This document shows, piece after piece, positions 10,901 through 19,800 of a stretch of DNA of 64,000 nt. The first letter of the stretch is position 1. Every line of letters begins with the position of its first letter. A program made the translations under genes and the position numbers. Source of the DNA: Verrucomicrobiota bacterium (GTDB taxonomy: Bacteria; Verrucomicrobiota; Verrucomicrobiia; Limisphaerales; JAHDYP01); assembly GCA_023383055.1 (NCBI GenBank), contig JAHDYP010000008.1:11341-75340 (forward strand), in the 5' to 3' direction. The notes beneath the pieces were generated by a model. The model was given only the letters and a program-made list of their open reading frames with translations. It made no database searches and was not told the origin of the DNA.

Positions 10901-13900
10901 TCGGGCAGCGCACGCCGGAGGTGTCCGCGCAATTCGTCTACGGCTGGTGGCGCGGAGTTCGTGCCCACAGAATATGCCGTGAGCTGCTTGTCCCCGAAAC
11001 GGTCTTTCCGGGCGACGACCACGCACTCGCGCACGGCCGGATGCCGGGTCAACACGGTCTCGATTTCGCTCAACTCGACACGATTGCCGCGGATCTTTAC
11101 CTGCGCGTCCAGGCGGCCAAGAAACTCGATGTTCCCATCCGGCAGCCAGCGGGCCAGATCACCGGTTTTGTAAAGCCGCGCGCTTGAATCGTTGGCGAAT
11201 GGATCCGCAACAAAGTTCTCCGCTGTCAGTTCAGGCTGATTCAGATAACCGCGCGCCAGGCCATCGCCGCCCGTGTAAAGTTCGCCCGGCACGCCGACGG
11301 GGACCGGTTGCAGGTGTTGGTCCAGCAGATAGACCTGCGTGTTTGCAATCGGGCGGCCGATCGGAATCGAACGCTGGTCAACACTCGCGTTCGTGATCGG
11401 GTGACAACAGGTGAACGTCGTGTTCTCCGTGGGACCGTAACCATTGATCAAACGGCATTCCGGCAACAGCTCGAGCGCGCGCTTCACGTGCGGCACGGAG
11501 AGCACGTCGCCTCCGGCCAGAAGCTGGCGCACGCCGCGCAAAGAGTTGGCTTGCTCCTCAATCATGTGATGAAACAGACCCGACGTCAGCCAGAGCGTGG
11601 TGATGCCGCGCTGCTGAATGAACTCGCCCAGTTCCGCCAGCGATGGCGCGTGCGGCGGGAACATCACGAGCCGTGCCCCGTTCAACAGCGCTCCCCAGAT
11701 TTCAAAGGTCGAGGCATCGAACGCCAGCGGCGCGAGCTGAAAAGCAACGTCGGTCGCCGCAAACGACGCATAGTTTGTGTTCTTCACCAGCCGTATGACG
11801 GCGCGATGCGGGACGCACACGCCCTTGGGTTTGCCACTCGAACCGGAGGTGAAGCTGATGTAGGCCAGGCTCCCGGCGGTGGCTTTGCTGGCCGGCTGTG
11901 TCATCGGCTCACGCCCGACTTCCTTTTCGTTCACATCCAGGTAGAGAACATGATCCGTCTCCGGCAGCAGCGGGCGAAGTGTGTCCTGCGTCAGCACTAT
12001 CGGTGCGCGTGCCTCGTCCAACATCAGCCCGAGACGTTCCTTTGGACTCGCTGCATCGAGCGGCAGGTAAGCGCCGCCTGCTTTCAAGATGCCGAGCAGG
12101 CTGATAATCATGTCCAGCGATCGCTCGAGGCATACCGCCACCAATACGTCCGGTCCGACGCCGCGTTTCTGCAGATGATGCGCGAGTTGATTGGCGCGTT
12201 GGTTGAGTTCGCGGTAGGTCAGGCGCGCGCCTTCGAATTCCACCGCGACATCCCCCGGCGTGCGGGCGGCCTGCTCCTCGAACAACTGCGCCACGGTTTG
12301 ATCCTTTGGATAGTCCGTTCGGGTGTCGTTCCACTCGACGAGGATCTGCTCACGCTGGGCGGCGGTCAGGAGTGGAAGCTCCCATACCCGCTGACGTGGT
12401 TCGGCGGCGATTGCTGCGAGCAGCGTCTGAAAATGACCGAGCCAGCGCTGCACCGTCTCCGCGGCGAACACGTTCCTGTTGTATCGGCATTCCAGTTGAA
12501 CGGAACCGTTCATTTCACCCACATCGAAACTCAGATCGAAGTTCGTGAAGCTGTGTGCGTTCGTCGCCACGTCCGTCTCCAATCCGGCAAACGTCAAATC
12601 GCCGTCCAACCGCGCGGCGTTGAAGGTCACGGACACGAGTGGAATCCGGTCCCCGTCGCGCGGCAGATTGAGCGTTTGCACCAGGCTGCCGTAGGTGAAG
12701 TGCTGATGTTCGTGGGCATCGAGAAAGGCTTCCCGCACGGCGCCAAGGTGTTCGGCACAGGATTGGTCCTCAATCACGGTGGCGCGCAACGGAAGAAAAT
12801 GGATGCAATGGCCCACGAGCGTATCGCCCCCTTCCATCGCGCGGTCGGCAATGGGAATGCCGATCACGATGTCCCGCTGTCCGGACAGACGGTGCAATAG
12901 CCCGAAACAGCCGGCCAGCAGCGTGGTGAACCACGTGCAACCGTGTTGCGCGGCCACGCGCTTCAAGTCGCGGGCGAGTGCCCCGGGAAGCGGGCGGGAG
13001 GCGCGCGCGCCATCGAACGTCCGGATCGCCGGCCGCGGTCGGTCGGTCGGCAATTCCAGCATCGGCGCGCCTGCGGCGAATCGCTTCACCCAGTAGGCTT
13101 CGTCGTCCGGGCGTCCGTTGTTCGCACGGCGTCGAGTTTGCGCGTTGACGAAATCGCTCAGTTGAAGCGGTGTCAGCAATCCGCTGGAAACGCCGCGAGT
13201 TTCGGCCGAATAGAGGGCAGCCAGTTCGCGCAGGAGGATGCCGAACGAGTGGCCGTCGCAGACGATGTGGTGGATGGTCAACATCAACTCGTGCTCCTGT
13301 TCGCCCAAGCGAATCAACTGCGCCCGTATCAGCGGGCCGTTGCTCAAGTGGAACACCCCGCGTGATTCCGCGACCTGTATCGCGTCCCATCGCGAGGCGC
13401 GTGCTTCCGCGTTCAGCTCCGTCAGGTCAACGGCCGGAACGTCGAGCTTCAACGCGGGATGAATGTGCTGAAACTCACCGGTGGAATCGAAGGTGGTCCG
13501 CAGGGCTTCGTGCCGGTTGACAAGTTGTTGCAGTGCGGCGCGCAAAGCGTCGGCCTTCAGCGGCCCTCGCAGATGGAGCAGCCGGCACTCGTTGTAGGCG
13601 CACGAGGCGGCGTCGCTCATTTGTGATGCCAGCCACAGCTCCCGCTGCGATTCGGCCACTGGCACCGTCACCACGCCGTTCGCGCGCTCAAGAGCGGTGC
13701 CGATAAGCGGAGTTCCTTGCGGGTCGCGATGAATACGGGCCGGCTCCTGTTGTTCGGATGGCAACACGGAATCAATGTGTGCGGCCAGGGTGTCCACCGA
13801 GGAAAACTCCTTGAGCAATTGCCGGAACGCGACTCGCACACCGAATGTCTTCTCGATGGCCAGGCTGGCTTGCGTAAGAAACAGGGAGTCGAATCCCATC

Positions 13901-16890
13901 TCGGTGAACGTGACGGTACCGTTCGTTGAGGCGATATGCAGACCCGACAACTCACCGAGCAGCCTGGCAATCCCGGCAGCGATGCGTTCCTTTCGGGCCG
14001 GGAGCCGCGCGAGTGGGTCGCGCTCCGTCCCGTTGCCGTTGGACGGCGGTTCCTGGGCCCCGCGTCCGCCATTCGCGCCGTCTCGCGCCGCGTCGCGGCC
14101 GGTCTTCTGACCATTGCTCGATCCCACTGGAAGCAGTTGGACATTGGCGGAACACGACAATGAATCCGGTTTAACGTCCGAGAGAGCCGGGATGAACGGA
14201 GACGCAGAGCCGGAGCGGACATCGTGCGGCGCATAGGCCGGCTCAATGAAGTGGCGTTTCCGATCGAACGGATAAGTCGGCAGCCGCTCAGAATGTCGTG
14301 GCTCGCCGTGGTGGACGTTGCGCCAATTCACGGTCGCACCCGCAAGCCACATCTGGCCGAGCGAGGTCAATGTCGCTTCAAGGGCAGATGAACTGTCGCC
14401 GCCGCGCGGAAGGGAGGCGCATACGAGTGTCTTTGGGTTTCGAGCGGGATGTAGCTTTGCCAATCCACTGAGCGTCTGGCTTGGGCCGGTTTCGAGGAAG
14501 ATACGTTCCGGAGACCGCAGCAACTCACCGAGTCCGGCGGCGAAGCGCACGGTGTGACGCAGATGCCGAACCCAGTACATCGGGTCGGTTGCTTCATGGG
14601 CCGTTATCAAAGCGCCCGTGACGTTGGAAATGAACGGAAGCTCCGGGGCCTTGAGGTTCAGCGTGCCGACCAATTCACGGAACGGGTCGAGAATCGGATC
14701 CATCATCGCCGAATGAAACGCGTGTGAGGTGCGTAACACTGTGTAGGCCACCGCGTGCTGCGCCAGGTCGCGCCGCAACTCCTCGATCGCTTCGTGCGGA
14801 CCCGCCACAACGCAGGCCGCCGCGCCGTTCACGGCGGAGAGCGAAAGCGAACCATGCAAGCGCATCAGGATTTCCTCCTCAGGCAGGCGCACCGCCAGCA
14901 TGGCGCCCGGGGGCATTCCCTGCATCAGGCGCCCGCGCGCGATGACGAGGGTTAACGCATCCTCGAGCGAAAACACGCCCGCCAGGCACGCCGCGACGTA
15001 TTCGCCGATGCTGTGGCCGATCATCACCTCCGGCTGCACGCCCCACTTCATCCACAACTTCGCCAGCGCGTGCTCGACGACGAACAGCGCGGGTTGAGTG
15101 ATACTGGTCCGGGTGAGTTGTGCCTGGGCATCTTCGATCCTTGCCGCTTCCGGGTAGAGCGTCGTCCGCAGATCGAATTCGAGGTGCGGTTTCAGGAGTT
15201 CGCAGCAAAGGTCAATCTGTTCGCGAAAAGTCGGCTCGGTCTGGTAAAGCTCCAACGCCATGTTGACCTGCTGCGCACCCTGGCCGGGAAACATGAATAC
15301 GACCGGCGGACGGTCGTTTTCCGCGACGCCGGTGAACACCCGCGTCTCGTCGAGAGATGTTAACCCGGCCACCGCGTCGCTCACATCCCGGCAAACCAGC
15401 ATGCGCCGATACGCGAACTCGCGCCGGCCCTTCTGCAAGGTGTAGGCCACATCCGCCGGAGCGAGTTCGGGATGCTGCTGCAGATGCCCGGCTAGATTCG
15501 CGGTGGCTTGATCGAGCGCGCCCTGGGTCTTCGCCGAGAGCAAGAGCAAGTGAGGGCGTTGGGACTTGCCGGAGGGCTTGATCGCCGGCGACTCCTCCAG
15601 CACCACGTGCGCGTTCGTGCCGCCGATGCCGAAGGAACTGACCCCGGCGCGGCGCGGACGGCTCCCTTTCGTCCACTCCGTCAATGCGCCATTCAAAAAG
15701 AACGGGCTGTTTGCAAAATCGATTTTCGGGTTTGGCGACTCGAAGTGCAGATTCGGCGGCAGTTTCTGGTGGTGCAGCGCGAGCACGGCTTTGATGAGAC
15801 CGGTGACCCCGGCCGCGGTGTCGAGATGGCCAACGTTGCTTTTGACCGCACCAATGGCGCAGAAGTGTTTCGCCGTCGTGCCGGCAAAGGCTTGGGTCAA
15901 TCCCTCGATCTCGATCGGATCGCCGAGGGGCGTGCCGGTGCCGTGCGCTTCGATGTATCCAATGGTTTCCGGGGAGAAGCCTGCCATGGCCTGCGCCGTG
16001 GCGATGACTCCAGCCTGACCTTCGACTCCCGGCGCGGTGTAGCCGATTTTTTGCGAGCCGTCGTTGTTGATGGCATAGCCCTTGATGACCGCGTAAACGG
16101 CATCGCCGTCCGCCAGCGCGTCTGCCAGTCGCTTGAGCACGACGATGCCCACGCCCTCGCCAGCAACCGTCCCCGCGGCTTTCGCGTCGAAGGCGCGACA
16201 ATGTCCGTCGGGTGAAGGAATGCCACCCTCCTGGTAAACGTAGGCGCGCCGCTGCGGGAATGAGATCGAAACCCCGCCCGCCAATGCCATGTCGCACTCG
16301 TAGGCGAGCAAGTTCTGGCACGCGACGCATACGGCGACCAGCGAGGTGGAGCACGCGGTCTGGATGTTCAGGCTGGGGCCGCGCAGGTTCAGTTTGTAGG
16401 AGACGCGCGTCGTGAGATAATCCTTGTCGTTGCAGAAGATCAAATGGGATTCACCGAACTGCGCCACTATCTCCGGGTGGGTCAGGACATTGTGCGCGAG
16501 GTACGTGTTCATGCTCATTCCGGCGAACACGCCGATGGCCCCGTCGAATCTGGCCGGGTCGCATGCGGCGTCTTCGAGCGCTTCCCAGGCGCATTCGAGG
16601 AAGACCCGGTGCTGCGGGTCCATCACCTCGGCTTCGCGCGGGGTAAAGCCGAAAAACGCCGCGTCGAATAGATCCGCCCCTTCAAGAATCCCGCGGGCCC
16701 TGACGCAATTCGGGTCATCGTTCGGCACCGTAACTCCCGAGGCAGCCAGTTCTTCGCGAGTGAAGAACGAGATCCCCTCGACGCCGTTACACAAGTTGCG
16801 CCAGAACTCGTCAATGTGACGAGCCTTGGGAAAGCGACCGGCCATGCCCACAATGGCAATGCCGGTGTTGGTTGCTTGGCCACTGCTCAT
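4969..16890 (-). CDS. hybrid PKS-NRPS megasynthase, KS-AT-ACP-C-A-T-TE*-A-T-TE*-A-T (3973 aa)
   Basis: Domain motifs and approximate plus-strand coordinates:
- KS: TACSTS, ~16321-16370
- AT: GHSIGEYVAA 14990-15025; HAFH 14701-14740
- ACP: GFDSL, ~13861-13920
- C: HHIVCDGHS, ~13245-13275
- A-domain cores: SGSSGKPKG 11821-11870, TSGSTGKPKGV 9064-9114, TSGSTGGPKGV 6310-6360
- T domains: GGHSL ~10640-10700, GGNSL 7861-7920, GGNSL ~5110-5165
The start ATG overlaps the upstream NRPS stop (ATGA at 16887-16890). Confidence 0.95.
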   Translation of the reverse strand: MSSGQATNTGIAIVGMAGRFPKARHIDEFWRNLCNGVEGISFFTREELAASGVTVPNDDPNCVRARGILEGADLFDAAFFGFTPREAEVMDPQHRVFLECAWEALEDAACDPARFDGAIGVFAGMSMNTYLAHNVLTHPEIVAQFGESHLIFCNDKDYLTTRVSYKLNLRGPSLNIQTACSTSLVAVCVACQNLLAYECDMALAGGVSISFPQRRAYVYQEGGIPSPDGHCRAFDAKAAGTVAGEGVGIVVLKRLADALADGDAVYAVIKGYAINNDGSQKIGYTAPGVEGQAGVIATAQAMAGFSPETIGYIEAHGTGTPLGDPIEIEGLTQAFAGTTAKHFCAIGAVKSNVGHLDTAAGVTGLIKAVLALHHQKLPPNLHFESPNPKIDFANSPFFLNGALTEWTKGSRPRRAGVSSFGIGGTNAHVVLEESPAIKPSGKSQRPHLLLLSAKTQGALDQATANLAGHLQQHPELAPADVAYTLQKGRREFAYRRMLVCRDVSDAVAGLTSLDETRVFTGVAENDRPPVVFMFPGQGAQQVNMALELYQTEPTFREQIDLCCELLKPHLEFDLRTTLYPEAARIEDAQAQLTRTSITQPALFVVEHALAKLWMKWGVQPEVMIGHSIGEYVAACLAGVFSLEDALTLVIARGRLMQGMPPGAMLAVRLPEEEILMRLHGSLSLSAVNGAAACVVAGPHEAIEELRRDLAQHAVAYTVLRTSHAFHSAMMDPILDPFRELVGTLNLKAPELPFISNVTGALITAHEATDPMYWVRHLRHTVRFAAGLGELLRSPERIFLETGPSQTLSGLAKLHPARNPKTLVCASLPRGGDSSSALEATLTSLGQMWLAGATVNWRNVHHGEPRHSERLPTYPFDRKRHFIEPAYAPHDVRSGSASPFIPALSDVKPDSLSCSANVQLLPVGSSNGQKTGRDAARDGANGGRGAQEPPSNGNGTERDPLARLPARKERIAAGIARLLGELSGLHIASTNGTVTFTEMGFDSLFLTQASLAIEKTFGVRVAFRQLLKEFSSVDTLAAHIDSVLPSEQQEPARIHRDPQGTPLIGTALERANGVVTVPVAESQRELWLASQMSDAASCAYNECRLLHLRGPLKADALRAALQQLVNRHEALRTTFDSTGEFQHIHPALKLDVPAVDLTELNAEARASRWDAIQVAESRGVFHLSNGPLIRAQLIRLGEQEHELMLTIHHIVCDGHSFGILLRELAALYSAETRGVSSGLLTPLQLSDFVNAQTRRRANNGRPDDEAYWVKRFAAGAPMLELPTDRPRPAIRTFDGARASRPLPGALARDLKRVAAQHGCTWFTTLLAGCFGLLHRLSGQRDIVIGIPIADRAMEGGDTLVGHCIHFLPLRATVIEDQSCAEHLGAVREAFLDAHEHQHFTYGSLVQTLNLPRDGDRIPLVSVTFNAARLDGDLTFAGLETDVATNAHSFTNFDLSFDVGEMNGSVQLECRYNRNVFAAETVQRWLGHFQTLLAAIAAEPRQRVWELPLLTAAQREQILVEWNDTRTDYPKDQTVAQLFEEQAARTPGDVAVEFEGARLTYRELNQRANQLAHHLQKRGVGPDVLVAVCLERSLDMIISLLGILKAGGAYLPLDAASPKERLGLMLDEARAPIVLTQDTLRPLLPETDHVLYLDVNEKEVGREPMTQPASKATAGSLAYISFTSGSSGKPKGVCVPHRAVIRLVKNTNYASFAATDVAFQLAPLAFDASTFEIWGALLNGARLVMFPPHAPSLAELGEFIQQRGITTLWLTSGLFHHMIEEQANSLRGVRQLLAGGDVLSVPHVKRALELLPECRLINGYGPTENTTFTCCHPITNASVDQRSIPIGRPIANTQVYLLDQHLQPVPVGVPGELYTGGDGLARGYLNQPELTAENFVADPFANDSSARLYKTGDLARWLPDGNIEFLGRLDAQVKIRGNRVELSEIETVLTRHPAVRECVVVARKDRFGDKQLTAYSVGTNSAPPAVDELRGHLRRALPDYMIPSRFVRLQSLPLTANGKVDRKALPDPGEPESESRRPAVPVSDEVERQLAAIWQEILGHSRVGASDDFFELGGHSLLALRLIARVETMFGKRIPVASVFDSRTVAQMAKLLRQESQPPRATSIVEIQPQGSRPPLMLVHGAGGGMLWGYTALALHLGTDQPVYAFKSRGLDGQEEFGTIEEMAAHYVADLRNFQPQGPYYLGGYCFGGNVAYEMARQLHEQGERVALLALLNSIPPNSAYDRAAPTPMWLARFAGNLCYFTGCLLRRPGPERRLFIGWYARTFARRIARVFARRATSEVIVDELVDLTAYPPEQRQLWRTHIHALFRHRTKPYAGRVMLLRSHGHPFWCSFDDAYGWHAFAGGGAAVHLVPGAHEQILDEPHVSVLAEELRGELARAQHNEPLQFTARFEPARSSLPIAVNKNPRSHPLRRNGARKESSIVQMFEAQVTRSPDAVAVIGEGMSLTYTELNAHANQVGNYLRSLGVKAETLVGICLERSWRMTVAILGVLKAGGAYVPLDPAYPKDRLRFILDDAQPPVILTQRDLSDLLSDVNERAASDGVRRPTTVVLLDSDREKIRKAGGKNPVPKPKAEDLAYLIYTSGSTGKPKGVLICHGSLANHSRAVAGIYQLSPGDRVLQFTSLSFDVAGEEIFPAWISGATVVLRSEACTGSFDLFLRFVEQERITVLNLPASWWHELIDDLESSGAAVPASLRLLVTGNERVLPEALAQWRKLTGNRVRWFNAYGPTEATITATLYEADSSTPLPETHSVPIGQPIANVQALVLDERLRPVPDGEAGELHLGGAGLARGYLNRPDLTGAKFIPNPFDDDPGARLYKTGDRVRRLPDGNLDFIGRIDEQVKIRGFRIEPGEIELALVRHPAVKQAVVVAREDTPGDHRLVAYFVAKPGALIANGEFRSFLKEALPEYMVPAAFVAMAELPLTPNGKVDRKGLPGTDPGTPVLAGEFVAPRDETERQLTTIWEGMLNTRPIGVRHQFFDLGGNSLLAARIVARIEKTFGRKLTTAAIFQSPTIEQLAALLRGGEQKNPRFASSIVEIQSHGSKPPLFLVHGIGGGMLWGYANLARFLGPDQPVYAFNSRGLDSEEFGTLEAMALQYVADLRAFQPWGSYRLGGYCFGGNVAYEMARLLEAQGQTVSFLALFNCPLPNSGYYHVRPTPRFCVNLLRNFSNRLGHVLHLKPEQRRQLVLWRARVIKKHCFNLLNRMRGVTVALDVDDWVDLTTQPEDRRELWATHLRAYADYRPKPYGGHVTLFRTRGHPLVCSFDNACGWGEFASGGVTVHVVPGEHESILDVPHVKLLAKLIEPYLQPDPVTAGGRSDRRAAPPISPEEKHRLLVEWNRTRADYSRESCIHQLFEEQVGRTPDAVAVVFGDQSLTYGELNGRAERLAQHLRGFNVGPDVPVGICIERSFDMVIGVLAILKAGGAYVPLDPAYPSERLQVMVENAGMPVLLTKASLQDRLLFPIATLRIVCVDSLADTAPQEAPQPVAATHPEHLAYVIHTSGSTGGPKGVAMPHRALVNLIAWQLRNSTLKEGGRTLQFASLSFDVSFQEMFSTWCAGGTLVLVNETLRRDPVALWQFIGEMKIERLFLPFVALQQLAEAFKPGTSGDWRLREIITAGEQLQTTPAIVRLFEHLKDCMLCNHYGPSESHVVTACTLNGPPSRWPALPSIGRPIANTEIYLLDEERQPVPVGVAGEIYIGGDCLARGYLHRPDLTACRFFPHPFNEDTRARLYKTGDLARYQPDGNIDFLGRWDEQVKIRGFRVELGEVEATLRQHAKVRDAVVMARADQPGPKRLVAYYISQPAKPCASGELHLFLKDKLPEYMVPAVFVPLEVFPLTPSGKVDRQRMPAPEPSRLELAGGYQPPQTPTQKAVAKIWAEVLGLTHVGIHDNFFHLGGNSLLAVQAIARMGQAFGVELPVAGLFDSPTIALAAEELPQVPCAGETHETNPPPAVLVT
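6950..7720 (-). other. internal thioesterase-like alpha/beta-hydrolase domain TE*2 with Cys nucleophile
   Basis: PPLFLVHGIGGGMLWGY (7661-7720), GGYCFGGNVAYEMA with the Cys codon at 7495-7497, and VVPGEHESILDVPHV (6961-7010). About 70% identical to TE*1 by eye. Lies between T2 and A3. Confidence 0.7.
9720..10500 (-). other. internal thioesterase-like alpha/beta-hydrolase domain TE*1 with Cys nucleophile
   Basis: PPLMLVHGAGGGMLWGY (10441-10500), GGYCFGGNVAYEMA with the Cys codon at 10279-10281, and HLVPGAHEQILDEPHV (9721-9795). Lies between T1 and A2. No HHxxxDG motif in this interval. Confidence 0.7.
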
Positions 16891-19800
16891 GCCGTCACCT
16901 CGACTTCGCGCCGGGCACGCCGGGCAAAGGCCGCCTGCTTGGATTCGCCCCGGGCGCGGTTCTGGCCGCTAAACGATTTCTCCCGGTCGGTCAGACATTC
17001 AATCAACCCGCTGATGGTTGGATATTGAAACAACTTCACCACGGGCAAATCCCGGCCGAGGGCGTCGCGCAAACGTGCCTGTGCCTGGACGACGAGCAAG
17101 GAATGGCCGCCGAGATCGAAAAAGTTGTCGCGCAATCCGACTTGTTCGATCCGCAGCAACTCGCGCCAGATGTTCGCGATGGTTCTTTCCAGTTCGGTCC
17201 GCGGCGCGACGAAGGCGGCGGCCAATTCCGGCCGCAGTGCGCCGGGTTCGGGAAGCGACTTGCGATCCACTTTGCCGTTCAGGGTGAGCGGGAGACTGTC
17301 CAGCGGGACGAACGCTGACGGAATCATGTACTCCGGCAGCGTTCTGCTGAGAAAGCGGCGTAATCCATCTGCTGGGGTGTGGGGGTTGCGCGCCGGGACA
17401 ATGTATGCTGCGAGCCGTTTGTCGCCCGGCGCGCTTTCCCAGACATGCACGAGGCACTCGCGCACGTCGGAATGCTTTCGCAGAGCGGATTCAATCTCGC
17501 CCAACTCGATGCGATGCCCGCGAATCTTCACCTGATAGTCGAGCCGCTCGAGGAACTCGAGCGTCCCGTCCTCGCGATAGCGAACGCGATCGCCGGTGCG
17601 ATAGAGCCGCGCTTTCGGATTGGCGCTGAATGGATGGCGGATGAATTGCTCCTCCGTGAGTTCCCGGCGGTTCAAGTACCCGGAAGCTACGCCTTCGCCG
17701 CCGATGAACAATTCGCCGGGGACGCCTGCGGGCACGGGCGCAAGCGTGTTGTCCAGAATGTAAATCTCCGTATTCACCATCGGGCGGCCAATCGGAATGG
17801 TGCTTCCCATTTCGGCCACACGATGCGCCGTTGAATAGACGGTGGTTTCCGTCGGCCCATACAGGTTGAAAAGGTCGCCCGGCAACGAGCGACGCAGTTG
17901 CCCGGCTAACGTAACCGGCAACACCTCGCCGCCCAGCAACAATCTGCGGAGACGGCGCATGGCTGCCAGCGATTCCGGCACCCGCGCCAAGGCCCCAGCT
18001 AGGGATGGGGTGCATTGCAGGTGAGTGACACTGTGGCGGAGAATATTCTCCGGCACGGAGAGCGGGTGACCGCGGGAGATCACGCCGCCGGCGAGTGGGC
18101 GGGCGCTGGAGGCTCGTCGTTCGTCGGCCTGGATAATGATTTTGAATCCGCGAGCGAGCGTCCAGAAGAGCTCCAGCACGGAGATATCGAATGAAATGCT
18201 GCTGACCGCGAGCCACACACCGGTTTCCGTGCCAAGCACCCGGTCCATGCCGGCGAAGAAGTTTACCGCGTTGCGATGCGTGACCATCACGCCCTTCGGT
18301 GTGCCGGTTGAGCCTGAGGTGTAAATGACGTAGGCCAGGTGCTCCGAACCCGGAGCCGCCCCTTCCGAACCCGGAAGGGATGCGTGCTGCATGGCCGGGC
18401 GAGCGGGTTGCGGCGACTCGAGGTCCAACACTTGGAGGCCGGGAATGTCGAAGCGCAGATTTGCCTGCATCGATTTTTGAGTCAGCATCAGCGGCGCTAG
18501 TGAATCGTGCAGCATGAAGGCGAGTCGTTCGTGGGGATACGCCGCGTCGAGCGGCAAATAAGCGCCGCCCGCCTTGAGAATGCCGATCAAGCCGACCATC
18601 ATTTCCAACGACCGTTCGACACAGAGTCCCACGCGGACGTTGGGTCCCACCCCGAGCTCACGGAGTTGCGCGGCCAACTGGTTCGCGCAGTCGTTCAACT
18701 GGCGGTAGGTGAGCTGCTCCTCTTCAAACACCACCGCCACCGCATCCGGCGTACGTTCCACCTGTTCCTCAATCAGTTCGTGAACGCACTTCTCCTTCGG
18801 GAATTCGGCGCGTGTATCATTCCACTCGATCAGCAGTTGATGCCGTTCGACATCCGTGAGCAACGGCAACTGCGAGAGTCGTTTATCGGGATGTGCGACG
18901 GCGCCTTCGAGCAAAGTCCGAAAGTGCCCGATCATCCGCCTGATGGGGGCCGCGTCGAACAAATCGGTATTGTACTCGATGAAGCCATTGAGGCCGCCGG
19001 GGCTTTCCTCAAGCGAGAGCGTCAAGTCAAACTTCGCCGTGCCGCTGTGCGCGGGAAGCGCCGAAACCTTCAACCCCGCAAGTGCCAGCGGCCGCAACGG
19101 CTCGTTTTGCAGAACGAACATCACCTGGAACAAGGGCGGGCGGCTGAGGTCACGATTCGGTTGTACCGCCTCGGCGATTTTCTCGAACGGCACGTCCTGG
19201 TGCGCGTAAGCGTCCAGCGCGGTTTGACGGGTGCGTTGCAGCAATTCATTAAACGTCGGGTCGCCGGATAAATCTCCGCGCAACACGAGCGTGTTGAGGA
19301 AGAAGCCGATTAAGTCTTCCGTCTCCACGCGCGCGCGCCCGGCAATGGGCGACCCGACGAGAATGTCCGCCTGCCCCGAGTAACGGTGCAGCAAAGTTTG
19401 AAAGGTCGCGAGCAGCAGCATGAAAGGCGTCACGTTTGCCTGGCGGCTCAATTGCGCCAGTTCGGCTGAGAGCGGGGCTGGCAGCGCGAAATGGATTGTC
19501 GCGCCGCGATAGGTCTGCACGGGCGGGCGCCGTCGGTCCGTTCGCAAATCCAGCGAGGGCGCCGCGCCTTTGAGTTGTTCCCGCCAGTAAGCCAGTTGCC
19601 GCTCGAAATCCCCGCCCCGCAGCGCGTCGCGTTGCCATGCCGCAAAGTCGCCGTAGGCAATCGGCAGCGCCGCCAGCGACGACGGCCGGCCGAGCGCGAA
19701 CGCTTCGTAAAGGGCCGCCAGTTCGCGATGAAAAACGTCCAGCGACCAGCCGTCGCACGCGAGGTGGTGCGTGACGAGCACCAGAAGATGCTCGGTGGGG